Below, one piece after another: positions 41,006 through 54,170 of a stretch of 64,000 nucleotides of DNA (positions are counted from its first letter, which is position 1; every line of letters starts with the position of its first letter). Position numbers and translations under genes: made by a program. A model generated the notes under the pieces. That model was not told where the DNA came from and ran no database searches. It worked only from the letters and a program-made list of their open reading frames with translations. Origin of the DNA: Eledone cirrhosa (Eukaryota); the NCBI GenBank assembly GCA_964016885.1, contig OZ024742.1, positions 128,774,001-128,838,000 of the forward strand, written 5' to 3'.

Positions 41006-41844
41006 AATTTAGCACATACCTTAAAGATATTCTTCCATAACATTATTTTTTTAATTTAAATATCAGGATTTTAAAACAAGGGATTTGTCACCATAGAATC
41101 TGAAGGGTTTTAAGTGAGTTGATATCAAAAGGATAATAAAATGATTTATATTCATTTGTTTATCTTGTTTGTTCACACATTCATAGGAGTTTCTCTGTAC
41201 TGACATTTTGGCAGGGGAGTGGGACAAAGAATTTAGATTCCAAACAATTATTAATCTGTTTAATTTGTGTGTGTGTATTTTTAAATTCAAATGGAAATTA
41301 CACTTTGCTCTCTATCTCTTTTTCCTGTTGATTCACCATTTAAGGAAACATCTAAGACTGTGTCTTTCTTTCAAAATAGGAAGTGTTGTTGGCATGTCTT
41401 GTATTCAAATTCAAATGATAAATGTTTACTAGCAAAGCCAACATATATTGGTCATGGTAGGAAAGGGGAATTGAGTGAAGAGGCACAAGCAGACTTTCAA
41501 TTTCATAGCCAGATATAAACACATTTCATGTATTCCTAAAAGTGGGGAAAAATCTTTCTACTACTTCTTTGATTATTTCCATAGTATTGCATTTTACACT
41601 ATATAACAATCTTCCAACACACTATACTGATGATAAAAGTGGAACTTCTGAAATAGGCCTATCTCTGATTAGAAAGAAGAAGTCTAACTCTTCTGTAACA
41701 CATGAAACTGCATTAGCAGAACATTCTAGAAAAGTGGAAAGTAACAACAGAACCCTTGAAAAACTATGACTGCATCACATGAAAAATTACAGACCAAACC
41801 CTAAAACTGCAAACTTTCACACCTATCTGTCCATCAAGCAGAAG

Positions 41845-42230
41845 ATGGGGATAGAGAGAAAGAGGATGAGAGAGAGAGATGCATAGTAAAGAGAGAGAGA
41901 GGGGGGTATAGTAGAGAGAGGGGGTGTATAGTAGAGAGAGAGAGGGGCGTGTATAGTAGAGAGAGAGAGAGGGATGTATAGTAGAGAGAGAGATGTATAG
42001 TAGAGAGAGAGATGTATAATAGAGAGAGAGAGATAATATAGTAGTGAGAGAGAGAGAGAGAGAGAGAGAGATGTATAGTAGATAGAGGGAGATGTATAGT
42101 AGAGAGAGGGAGATGTATAGTAGAGAGAGAAATGTATAGTAGAGAGAGGGAGATGTATAGTAGAGAGAGAGATATTATAGTAGAGAGGGGGTAGTAGAGA
42201 AAGATTGATGGTAGAGAGAGAGAGAGAGAG
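41845..42230. repeat. ~20-bp minisatellite TGTATAGTA(GA)n
   Basis: TATAGTAGAGAG recurs more than 12 times. Confidence 0.93.
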
Positions 42231-44059
42231 GAAGGGGAAGAAATAAACATCAACAAGGAAAGACAAACAACTAAGAGAACAAAGTAAGCTCAATTAGAGA
42301 AAACATTTAAGCAATTCAAGGGGGTGAACAGAGACAAAGACATTTATTATTACAAGTGACCTTCTCATGACATCATTAACAGCTATGACATTTCCCAGCC
42401 CCCACCTCTCACTCTCTAAAACACAGTCATCTTACAAAACACATTTCCTATGTGTAGTTGTTGGTCTTACTCCAGAAACACCTTTCAGTAATAGTTTGAA
42501 AATCACAATTACTACATTCGGCTCTCTCTTCCAATAATCTTCCCCCTTATCCCACTTATTAATTTTTCGGATTTTTTTTTCCATCCCACCCGCTCTTATT
42601 CCACCTCCCACCCCTGCTTATTACATTTTGATAATCTATCTCTCGCAAAATTTTATTTTAAGTGGTAGCATTCCTGTGATAATTAATTTTCTTTAGACAT
42701 TAAAATACATTATACATGACAAAATAAGAACATTACAAGAAATCGTATATGTTATAAAATAAATAGCATGGGTTCGGCTCTCAATATGTAAACTAAATGA
42801 ATAATTCTGGTTTCTAAAAAAATCAAGGGAGACAACCTAGAAAATTTATTCATTTTCCACCCTCACTTATTTGGGACTTGAGAGTACCACATTTAGCTGC
42901 TCTTAATGTCTATGAAACCACATTTATAAGACATTCTTGAAAAATATAAAACAGTACTATGACTGCATCACATTAAAATGTAAACTCTTTACTGCAAATT
43001 TTCACAATGATCTGTCCACCAGTAAATATACTGTAAACATTTGAATTAACAAACCATATAAAACCACATTAGTAAGACATTCATGAAAAGTGTAAAACAC
43101 TACTGTGACTGCATCATATTAAATATTAAAGTCTTTACTTTAATACTGCAGATTTTCATATCAATCTGTTAACTAATAAAGATATATACATATGAATTAA
43201 CAAACCTGTTTTTAGATATTTTATGCTAAATCATTACAGGATGTTAAGAGTTAACATCCTGCTAATTACCAGCCAATCAGCAACTGAACCAAGTCTTCAC
43301 TTGAACCTTTAACTGCTGGTGGAGTTGTAGGAGTGCCATTGTGAGTATCTAAACCTGGCAGAACTGATCCCTCAACAGAGCTGAACATAGGCGAATTATT
43401 AAGAGAGAGAGAGGGAGAGGGAGAGGGAGAGGGAGAGAGTACTTTATTCATGGACCTCAAAAGGATGAAAGACTTTGATGGGATTTGAACTGAGAGTGCA
43501 AGAATTTGGAGGGATTTAGTAACATAATTGAAACAGAGACAGCAAGTAACCAAAAGGGACAGCATGCAAGAGAAAAGGACAGACAACTCATCAGAGAAGG
43601 AGACAGAGAGAAAGTGTGCACAACAGACAGGTGGTGGGGGTACTAATTGATAGACAGTAAATAATGAATTAAAAAAAAAAAGAAAAAAAAAGCTAAATAC
43701 TCAGTGGGAATTGTTAAATCATTAAACAGACTAATCAGTATGTCAAGATATGAGCAGGACCAACCAGGAACCATGTCAACAACTTAACTTAAACAGCTTA
43801 CCACTGATCTCTCTATTGGTAAGAAGACAGAAAAAAAAGAGAACTAATCTATGTGGTTATTCATATGTATAATATAAATGTGTGTACATGTGTTTGTATA
43901 TGTAGTAAAATATCAGTAGATGTGAAAAAAGGAAAACAGTGCTCAATCTGGTGTGAGAGCCGATTATTATTTATTTATGTACATGGTACATAAATCAATT
44001 TTGTTCCACCTTGCACAATCTGGGGAGATGAACATAACTGCTCTGTGTATGAACATAAA

Positions 44060-44250
44060 TAATTGTTTCTACTTTTGGCACAAGGCCAGCATTTATCCCA
44101 GTACATTACTGGTACTTTATTTTATCGACCCCTTAAGGATGAAAGGCAAGGTTAACCTCGGCGGGATTTGAACTCAGAATGACAAGGGCCGTAAAGCATG
44201 GTGTCCAAGCCTCTACCGATACTGCCTATCCACCGCCAATCCACTGGCTA
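44060..44250 (-). mobile_element. Meta/MESC-like SINE
   Basis: Inverted partner of 44544-44737. Confidence 0.85.
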
Positions 44251-44543
44251 TATTATGTTATTTATGTATGAACATCTCCTTATAATATATAACCAGCAAT
44301 TTCTCTGTCTGTCTGTCCGACAGTGGAAACACGTGCGCGCGTGGTTGCTATCTCTCTCTCTCTCTCCAGCTATCCCTCTCTTTTAGTCTGTCTGTTTCTC
44401 TCACTCTTTCTCTTTGTAACACACTAACATTCCTCCCCTCTATCGCTGTGACGAATGGGGAGATGGAGGAGAGAGTCACTTCGTCACTTCACCTCTGCCT
44501 TTCTTTCTCTCCCCTCTCACTCCCTCATGACGTACAGACATTA

Positions 44544-44737
44544 GGGCAGTGGATTGGCAGAATCTGTAGAGAGTCGGACACCATGCTTCATAGCATGGAG
44601 TTACGTCCCTTTACGGTCTGAGTTCAAATACCGCCGAGGTCAACTTTGCCTTTCATCCTCACGGGGTCGATAAAATAAAGTACCAGTAATGTACTGGGTA
44701 ATTGCTGGCCTTGTGCCAAAAGTAGAAACAATTATTA
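44544..44737 (+). mobile_element. Full-length tRNA-headed Meta/MESC-like SINE
   Basis: A box TGGCAGAATC, internal hairpin CCATGCT-TCAT-AGCATGG, B box GAGTTCAAATACC, central GCCTTTCATCCT..GGGGTCGATAAAAT domain and an ATTATT tail. Confidence 0.87.
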
Positions 44738-44854
44738 GAAACATTGCTTCATTTTTACATATCTAAGCATTAGTAAAATAACTAATAATTTCAAAAGTAA
44801 TTTTTCAATTCCAATTGTTATGAACAGCAAAACATTAATAATAATTTTGTTCTA

Positions 44855-45010
44855 AGAAATATATATACATTTCTGTGTGTGTAATATATATATATATACA
44901 CACAGAGAAATATATATACATTTCTGTGTGTGTAATATATATATATATATACACACAGAAATATATATACATTTCTGTGTGTGTAATATATATATATTTC
45001 TGTGTGTGTA

Positions 45011-45042
<32 letters not shown>

Positions 45043-45083
45043 GTATATATATGTGTGTATATATATGTGTGTATATATATATG

Positions 45084-45114
<31 letters not shown>

Positions 45115-45152
45115 ATGTGTGTGTACATATATGTATATATGTGTGTTGTGTG

Positions 45153-45200
<48 letters not shown>

Positions 45201-45698
45201 TGTATTTATATGTATGAGTATATGTTTTACTTGTTTTTATGTATATGCATACAAACAGGTTAATATGTGTGAGGTTAAGTATGTGTATGTGTGTGTGTGT
45301 ACGTATGTATGTATCGAACGTATGGATGTGTAAATGTGCGTATGTATATAAGCATGTATATTTTATGTCTCTCTTTTATGTTTTTTTATGTTTTTATTAT
45401 ATTTCTTTTATTATATTTCTTTTTATTTCTAACTTTATAGATACATTTTTATAAATATGCTGAGTTTGACACCCTCCTTTAATTACTTACTCCCTTACCT
45501 CCTTTTAATTCTGCATCTAAATGTAAGTGTGTGTGGCCGTGTTTATGTGTGCGCCTCAATATCCATATAGTTATAATAATAATATATACGTATGTGTGTG
45601 TGTGTGTGTATATGTGTGTGTGTTCGTAGGTATGTGTGTGTTTATGTGTATATGCATGTGTGTGTATGAATGTATGTATATGTGTGAATATATGTATG

Positions 45699-45729
<31 letters not shown>

Positions 45730-45740
45730 ATTTTGTCTGT
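44855..45740. repeat. AT/GT microsatellite field, starting with three ~50-bp units
   Basis: AAATATATATACATTTCTGTGTGTGTAAT x3, then (AT)n/(GT)n. Confidence 0.9.
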
Positions 45741-45978
45741 GGATTATAAACATACAGAGACATTAGCCCTAAATTTTTATATTTACATACACTTTTTCGA
45801 CATGCGTATGCATGTGAACATACATTTTTATGCATATCTGTGAACGAAGTTACTTACATATATACACACACCTAACTGTATTTTCTTGATGAATTTTTAT
45901 GTATTTCATTGGTCTATTTAAAATCTGTTCCCAAACAGACCTGTAATTTTGAATTGTTGTTATTATCAATAAATATAC

Positions 45979-46121
45979 TTCATTATTTCTGAAGACAGCA
46001 TATATATGTGATGGTATGTATATCCTCCTTGATAGTTTGTATAATTTTGTACATAGATCTTTTGAATATGCATGCCAATTCTAACACATATATGTCCTAG
46101 AAACGATCGTTAAATAATGAA
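45979..46121 (+). ncRNA. Type I hammerhead ribozyme with ~100-nt stem-loop II
   Basis: TTCATTATTT-CTGAAGA-...ATATATGTG...CACATATAT...-GAAA-CGATCG-TT-AAATAATGAA. Stem I is 10 bp, the core is intact, and stem III is the palindrome ACGATCGT. Confidence 0.75.
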
Positions 46122-46600
46122 CTTTTTTTGTTTTATATATATAATATATATATTATATATATATATTATATATGTATATTATGTGTGTCTCTCTATATAT
46201 ATACATATATATATAGGTTTAAGTGTGTATGTGTGTGTTAGCGTGTGTGCATATGTGCGTTTGTATGAGTGTGTTATATGGTATGTGTGTGTTAGCGTAT
46301 GTGTCTGTATGCGTGTGTGTCTGTCTGTGTGTGTGTCTGTGTGTATCTGTGTAAGTGTTTGTGTGTGTGTGTGTGTGTGTGTACAGGAATTCATAAGTTT
46401 CCTAAAATATGTCTGTATGCTTAATTTTTCTTAAAAATTATAAATTGGTTCTTCCTGTCAGAGATAATAATCTGATTTGAGAATAATGCATCTCAAAATA
46501 TGAACATGGGTGTATATATATATATATATGTATGAGTGTGTGTGTGTGTTAAATGTATATCGACTAGCAGAAAATCCCCCACCGGGTGGTTTTCTGCTAG

Positions 46601-46990
46601 TCTATATATATAAAAGCAAGTCAGTCTGTGTGTGTGTCTGTCTGTGTACAAATACTAGGCTCCTTTTAACTTTTGAAGTACTAGGCCGATTTCAACTAAA
46701 TTTGGCACACATGTTGCTTATATGCCAGAGCAGGTTTTGGACAAAAACATATATTGGGGCCGAAAAATCGATTTTGTGTGTGTATCTGTCTGTGTAAAAA
46801 TACTAGGCTCCTTTTAACTTTTGAAGTACTAGGCTGATTTGGCACGTGCTATTGAGGCGGCTTCTCATTGGCTAGCCAATTAGCTGACATAAGCTGACAT
46901 GCACTCAGAAATTGCTAGCTAAGCCATAAACAACCTTGAACAATTCAGGCTGTCATTCATTTCCCGAGCAACGCCGGGTACATCTGCTAG
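46601..46990 (+). mobile_element. Non-autonomous Helitron
   Basis: 5' TCTATATATATAAAA, (GTCT/GTGT) tract, CCGATTT..AAATTTGG, an internal ~63-bp direct repeat, and 3' CCCGAGCAACGCCGGG hairpin plus CTAG|T. Confidence 0.82.
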
Positions 46991-47149
46991 TAATATAATA
47001 TAGCTAGAAACAGTTCTATCTGAGCAAGACATGGTCACCTGACCAAACTTGCCTCAAATGGGACAACTCGTCTAAACCATGCTAGCATGGAAAGTGGACA
47101 TTAAACAATGATGATGATGATATATATATATATATCCAAAATGGATGAC

Positions 47150-48065
47150 TGAATATGCACTTGCAGAAGCCTGCAAAGGGACCTGGATGCACCGATGTCC
47201 ACGGTATTGACTACGTGATTCTAAGAATAATCAATTTGTGGGATGTCAGATCTATCCATTGTATGAGAGAGGGGGTATGTTGAATGGACCAGTCTCCATG
47301 TTCATGTTTAGGATATGAACATGGTGATGTGGGGTGTAGTGATGTAAACACCTCACACTTGGCCTGACCAGAAAAATGAAAAATTATCAAGAAGCAGTTC
47401 AGCAAATTGAAGATAGCAATGGTGTTGATGCATGACTGTCTTTCAGCAAACAGCTTTATGTAGCAGCAGCCATGACTTTGGGTTATGCAGAGAAAAAACA
47501 TCAGGACTGTTTTATTGCAAATGAACCACTAGTGAAAAGCCTTCTAAAGGGAAAAGAAAAGATGTCTGGACAAGTTCTTGTCATGCTCCAAGGAAGATCA
47601 GAAAAACCTCAGCTGGATAAGACTTTCAAAGAATATAAGGTGCAGGTGCAGTGAAAACTAAGTAGCAAAATATTCATGGTGGTGTGATAAAGCACATCAC
47701 ATACAAGCCTCAGTAGAAAGACAAGATGCTAAATCATTATATTGCAAACTGTTCACAGTGTATGGTCCACCCACCACTGTCTTTGCCCCACTGTGGTCAA
47801 AGAATGGAAATGAAGTGTTGTGTAAGCCTGATGAAATTGTGGCAAGATGGTGCAAACACTTTAATGACATCCTAAGCCATGCATCTCTTGTTAATCCCAA
47901 CCTGATTGAGGCTATGGAGAAGGTTTCCATCATTAACAATTTGAAGAAGTTAAAACTCCAGTAAGACAAATGAAAACAAAGCACCTGTGAAAGATGGTAT
48001 AGTGACTGAAATAATGGGACATGGTGCTCATAAAATAAATGATCTATTGTATAACATACTATCCT
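47150..48065 (+). mobile_element. Decayed RTE/BovB-like LINE (EN end and linker)
   Basis: TWMH, LGYAEKKHQDCF and TVYGPPTTVFAPLWSKNGNEVL..PDEIVARWCKHFNDIL. Confidence 0.78.
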
Positions 48066-48296
48066 TAGTTTTCTTAAATCTATCTATCTATCTATCTCGA
48101 ATTCTGTCTAATACGTGGAAAACGCACTGGTGAGTAAATGTTTTAATTTCATTGGAAATTGCATGAACTGAATCTACATTCTTACACCATTTTGTAGATA
48201 AGCTGCCACCCTACACTTTGTAGGTGGTAACAACCCCAAATAATAAGCCTATCAGGGCGAAAAACGGAGAAATCCCACAAAATTTCTACCGGAATT

Positions 48297-50513
48297 TTGA
48301 ATAGAGCCAAAATGGCCAAATTCTTTGACCTCATCTTCACAAAAAACACATCAGAGAATTGTGGAGATGGGCTGTTAATCTCACCTTCCACAGTACTAGT
48401 AGCAGGTGAAGGCTGCCTGTCTGCTGCTATCACCACCAACAACAGTAACAACAACAGCAACAAAAACAACAATGACATCAAAACTCTCAGCCAACAATTA
48501 GACAGTAAAAGTATCAAGCCAACAAGCAGGTCGCACCGCCTCATTGAAACACTTCGATATGTTTAAAACACACCCTGACAACAACACCAGCACCACCAAC
48601 ACGAAAACTGTGAATGGCACAAACCAAAACAACGCCATCAACAACAACAGTGACAACGAGAACAAGAAGAACAACAACGACAACAAAACCACAACCAACA
48701 ACAACACCAACAACGGAAAAAACGAAAACACAATAACTGCAACAAGGAAGTAAACGACAAAATATCATTTGTGCAAACCGTAAAGAAAACGGTAAGCTAC
48801 ACTCCGGTAGATATTTCAAATACAAATGAGCTTTTGAATAACGCCAGACAATATGTAACTTTTGGGGAGAACGGATCATTCTCCATAAACTCTCCCCCAG
48901 ATTTGCGAAGAGAAGCTGCCTTGAAAACTGATTTTCAGGACAATCTCAAACAAAACACGAAAACCGACTCAACTTTCACAAGGCGAAATTGAGTTGGCTT
49001 TAAAAAATGCCTTAAAAGACATTGCTTTTATTCAGAAGGGTAGACTCTATGGGAGTTTATCCATTCTAATGAAAGACCAATTGACGGCACAGAAATATTC
49101 TGTGTCGCCAATTGTGTCACCGCTGTTCACCTTTTTCCCCACTTACATGGGGAAAAGAACACAGAAAATAAAAATCCAAAGAATCACACCAAATATTGAT
49201 ATTTGGTGGGTACTATTTGGTGGTGACCTGTTCAGCGGAAGTTCTGATCCAAATGACACCAGAACGAATAGCTAGGATCCCGGAACGTGTGTTGCTGGAT
49301 GGGCTTATATACATAAACATTTCGGTCGAGGGTAGGCAGCCCTCATGTTACCACTGCTCAAGCAGGGGTCACCTGAGAGCTTCCTGTCCTCGGCTAACTA
49401 GCCCAAAAAGGCACTACTGCCAACACCTGCAACACCAGCACAACAATCACCACCACCACCACCACCACAACAAAAAAAAATAGTGACAACAAAACAAACA
49501 ACAAACACAGTCCCACCTAACCCCTCCCCACCTAAAACAACTCCAGAAACACCCACACACATAACAGCTCCCCAAAATGTACCCCTCCCCAACAACACGG
49601 ATCAGGCCTCATCATTGTCACCCAGTGTCGATGAGGAAGAGCCTTTCCAACTAGTAAAAAGAAAAAAGAAAAGACATAACACAAACAAAAATGCAACAAA
49701 AACACAAACACCAACACAAGCGACGCAAACAGCACAAACAAAAACACCCCCTCCTGAAAACAAAACACCTACTACAAAACGTAAACACACACAACAACCA
49801 CAGACAAAAAGCAACCCAACACAACAAAAATGTTACACCTACATAAATACTAACAATAAAACTTTAACAGACACCATATTGAATGCAATGGAAAAAATAT
49901 GGAAATCAAACCTGCCGGCCAAACTGAAAAGGAATTTCTTCAGAGCTGCTGTGGAATCTGTGCTTGTTTATGGCTTTATCACTTGGACGCTAACGTCGAA
50001 ACTGGAGAAAAAGCTAGACAGGGAATACACATGTATGCTCCGTGCTGCTTTAAACGTGTCTTGGAGGGAACACCCAACAAATAAGGATCTCTATGGCAAT
50101 ATACCACCTATCAGCAGGTCAATACATGGACAGAGACTCAGATTTGCTGGCCACTGTTGGTGCAGCAAGGAAGAAATAGCAGGTGATGTGTTGTTATGGA
50201 GTCCATCTCATGGAGCAAGAAACGCTGGTTGTCCCAAGAAGACATACGTCAAGCAACTTGAGGACGATACTGGATGCGCTGCGGAAGAACTGGCAAACGC
50301 TATGAGATAGAGATGGATGGAGGAAACGTGTCATAGAAAGCCAAGCAAGCTCGACCTGATGATGATGATGATATATAAAAACCCTTCGGTTTTAGACCGA
50401 AGGGAAAACTTTTACACATTCTTCGGAGAATCCTAATCTTAAAATGATTAGAATCTCCATGGACACACATAAACAGTTAAAAGAAAAATTTCCTAACGAC
50501 GTAGGTAACCCCT
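48297..50513 (+). pseudogene. Tx1 ORF1 (gag-like, CCHC knuckle), frameshifted and interrupted
   Basis: ISVEGRQPSCYHCSSRGHLRASCP, N/T/P-rich linkers and FQLVKRKKKR. Confidence 0.78.
49880..50372 (+). mobile_element. 5'-truncated RTE-type LINE inserted in Tx1 ORF1
   Basis: KIWKSNL...FFRAAVESVLVYG..TWTLT...RLRFAGHCW...G.PKKTY, ending in a (GAT)n tail. Confidence 0.88.
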
Positions 50514-50738
50514 GCGTTAAACCTTACAATTGAGTCCTGTTAAAATATTTCCCCACCCCCACCCCCATCCCACCAGATACCCCCTCCCCACCAAACATCT
50601 CTGTCCCCACCCCTCCAGAGACCACCACCCCACCAAACAACCCCTCCAACGCCCCCATGGAAATTGTGCAGCCTGGTCCCCAGGAGACGAAGAGGTGAGT
50701 GATTTCTTTTCCTCTTCTTTTAACTTTTCAGCACCAAC

Positions 50739-53700
50739 ATGGCCAATATAAGAGTTGGATGTGTGAATGTACGCGGCCTGGGGATGCCCTGGAAACAGGG
50801 CAAACTCTTAAACGACCTCAGGTCGCACAGTATGGATGTAGTAGCCATTTGCGAGTCCAGGATCCACAGCGAGCGACAACTGGCCCCCATCTTCGACGAT
50901 TTTGAGATCTACACATCTCTCTGTCAGCCAGGAGGTGGAGGTGGGGTTGCCGTTTTGCTGCGGGAACACCTGGACCTCGTAACACCGACGGTACATCTGG
51001 ACCCAGAGGGTCGACTGGTGGTCCTAGACGTTGACGGTAGTGAAGGTGGAGCCTTCAGGCTGGTGGCCGCATATGCCCCATCCAGGACGTGGCCAGACTT
51101 CTTCAAACATCTAGAGACTTTTCTGGGAACGTCCCGCTCCCTGCTGTTAGTGCGGGACTGGAATGGAATCCTAGATGCACGTTGTAACTATGTAGGAGCA
51201 TGTCCTGATAGAGGGGGGTGTAACATCCTCAAACAGTTAATCGGCTGATTTGACCCGGCCGATAGATATCGACTAGATTTTCCGACTGTACCACTGTGGA
51301 CGTTGACTAATTGTAGCGGAACATCTAGATCGTACCTAGATAGAGTTCTAGTTAGAAAGAAGGATAGGGACATGTTAAGCTGTCGACAAATGTTCATGGT
51401 TGCCTATTCAGATCACAAATTAGTGACCTGCTTAGTCAACCTTGACAAAACCCATAGACAGGGACCCGGCTACTGGAAGCTGAACTTGTTGTTACCGATA
51501 TGCAAAGCCTACAGTAGTCGGATTAGCACTTTAGTTAAGCAGCACTTGACGGGGGCCATTGTCAACAACAGATGGTGGTACTCTCTCAAGAGGGCAGTTA
51601 GATTAGACTCGATAGGTTTTAGTAAAGAATTAGTGTTAGATAGAAATAAGACCGAAAAGGAACAGGTAGATAAAGTAGAAGAGGCACTTAGGAGTGGCAA
51701 CGTAGCCAGCGTGCTAGCGACGAGAACGGCCTTGGACCAGTTCTTCGACGCAAAGCATGAAGGCTGCGTTGTCAGAAGCAAAATACGTGCTCTGGGAAAC
51801 GAGGGAGCCAAAGCTGTTAGCTGGGCCTGAGTGACGGAGGCGAAAAGTGGGAACAAGTCCATGATTCTGTCTTTGAAGGACCAAGACAGACGCGTGATAC
51901 GTGAGCCGAAGCAAATGTGCGCGGCCTTTCAGCGGCACTTTGCTCAACTGTTCAGGCAGGGCGGCGCGCTGGGAGGGGCTATGGATTTTGGTTCATACCT
52001 CGACGGCCTACCGCGACTCTCGGACAGCGAGGCAAAGTTCTGCGAAAGGCCGATTTCGGCTGCTGAGATAGGGGACGCGCTGAGCCAATGCGGCAAACGC
52101 AAATCTCCAGGTCTCGCCGGTCTACCCTATGAATTTTACGTAGCAATGCCGGATTTGTTCTCCGGTCTCCTGGAAGCGGTCTACTGCAACTGGCAACAGA
52201 ACGGGAGAATTCCCAGTTCTGTGACCAAGGGCATAATCACGTTAGTCAGGAAGGACGAGAACAAGAGGGATGACATAGGCAACTTTCGGCCCATAATTCG
52301 GCTCAACACAGAGTTACAGATTTTGGCCAAGGTGTTGGCAAAGAGGCTGGTGCTTGTCGTCGAAAACCTGGTGGGAGAAGCGCAGACATGCGCAATCCCA
52401 ACCATGTCCATACACGACAACCTCCACCTCATGCGATACATCATAGAGAGGGTAGGGTGTAAACCCGGCTTCAGTGGGGCCCTAATCAACTTGGATCAGT
52501 CTAAAGCTTTCGATAGGGTTGATCACCGTAACCTGGATGCGGTGCTCAAGGCGGCAGGCTTCAGCCCCGTGTTCAGGGGCTGGATTGTTGCAATGCACAG
52601 CAGCAAATTCTGCTCAAGGGTCAAGGTGAATGGCTACCTCTCGGAGCCGTTCCATATCACGCGATCCATCCGACAGGGATGCCCTCTCTCCTCCCTTCTG
52701 TACGTACTGACTCTTGAGCCACTACTGTGGAAGTTGGAGCTATTGCAGGGCATCACTTTGGAACTGGGACTGCGAAAAGCCGCATCGGCCTACGCCGACG
52801 ACATGACAGTAATGGTGTCGAGCACCTCGCAAATCGGGGAGATCGGTACCTTACTGGAGGAATACGAAAGGTTCACAGGAGCGAAGCTGATCCGGGACAA
52901 ATCTGTCGGTTTGCAACTCGGAACGTGGAGAGGCAAACCGATGCCTTCCAATGACATCGTCGGATGCTGGACGGAAGGACCGGTAAAGCTGCTCAGGGTC
53001 TGGTTTGGTCCTGACCTCCAAGTGGAGAAGAATTGGAACGAGGTGATGGCCAAGGTGTTTGCGCTCACCCAGAAGTGGGCCGAGTGCAAACTATCCTTGA
53101 AAGGTCGAGCGAGGTGGCGAACACTTTTATAGCGTCCGTTATCTACTACCGCTTGACTGTTGTGCCTCGTCCAGGCAAAACGCTCACCAAAATGGAGCGC
53201 GCGCTCTTCCAATTCCTTTAGAAGAAATGGGCTCCTTTGGTGAGAAGATCCATCTGCTGCCAACACTCTTCAAACGGAGGGCTGGGGATGCCGTGGCTGA
53301 CGATGCGCAAACACGCGCTCAGGCTGCAGTACCTCCACGTATTCCTCACCAGACAACATGTGTGGGCCCCCGTTCGTGAGGCGAGCCTTCCCACGACTCG
53401 TCTCGCTGACCGAGCTGCAGTTCTGGGTCAAGCAAAGACCGAGGAAAATGGGCGACTGGCACATCGAATGTGCTCAGGCGCTCACAGTCCTCTGGCAAAC
53501 GGACCCGGCGATCAGTGGAGACTCCACTTCGACATTCTATAGGTTGGTCCGTAGCAAGTGCGGCGACACGCTCGGAGAAACTCTAGGCGTAGAGGAGGAC
53601 GAACCGGCCAGTCTGTTCGGTAGGACCTTCCGCCCGGGACCAATGGACAACTTCCAAAAGTCCCTGACCTGGCACTGCTACCGATGAGCTCTACCAGTTC

Positions 53701-54170
53701 GAGAGAAGCTCGAAAGACACGGGCGCCCGGGTAGGGACCCTTCGAAAAAGATCTGACCGAGATGCGTGCGCGACGAGGAAACCGTTGCACACGCATTTGT
53801 ACACTGCCCAGGCGTTACCGACCTGTGGGGCTATATAGAACGACTATTGTCGCGGGTGGGACCAATCCAGTTGACCACCGAGTCCATTGTCATGATCAAA
53901 CCGCCACCCTCCTTCAAAAACGAGCGAGAGGCGGTTTTCCTATGTGTTATGGCTATGGTGAAAGAGGTTATATGGTGGACGAGGTTAAAAGGGCTGAGGT
54001 CAGACACCTTTCTCTCTGGCGAGCAACTGATTCGTTTTTTCAAATATCATTTTGGAAGAAGAATCAGGATGGAGAGAGAGGTGCTGTACCCCAGCAAGTT
54101 GTATGAAAGGTGGGTGAATGTGGCAAAGATGGCCCAAGTGGTTGGGCCTTCTCTTTATATAAGCCTGTAG
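50739..54170 (+). pseudogene. Tx1 ORF2 (APE endonuclease + reverse transcriptase + Cys-rich domain) with stops and frameshifts
   Basis: CVNVRGL, DWN, SYLDRV, SDHK, GYWKLN, KSPG.AGLP, FRPI..LN, LDQSKAFDRV, RQGCPLS, AYADD and ETVAHAFVHC. Confidence 0.95.

Noticed and set aside
43270-43381. Apparent minus-strand exon (AG...GT, SVEGSVLPGLDTHNGTPTTPP...)
   Set aside because: The sequence resembles a dispersed repeat also seen near 4825-4940, 24240-24340 and 24630-24745, and there are no partner exons.
44835-46434. Many Y/I/C/V/H/T-rich ORFs in the track
   Set aside because: They are translations of dinucleotide microsatellites that lack stop codons.
50382-50404. Perfect 9-bp hairpin after an A-run as a frameshift signal or terminator
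   Set aside because: No proper slippery heptamer or spacer, no U-tract, and only one instance.
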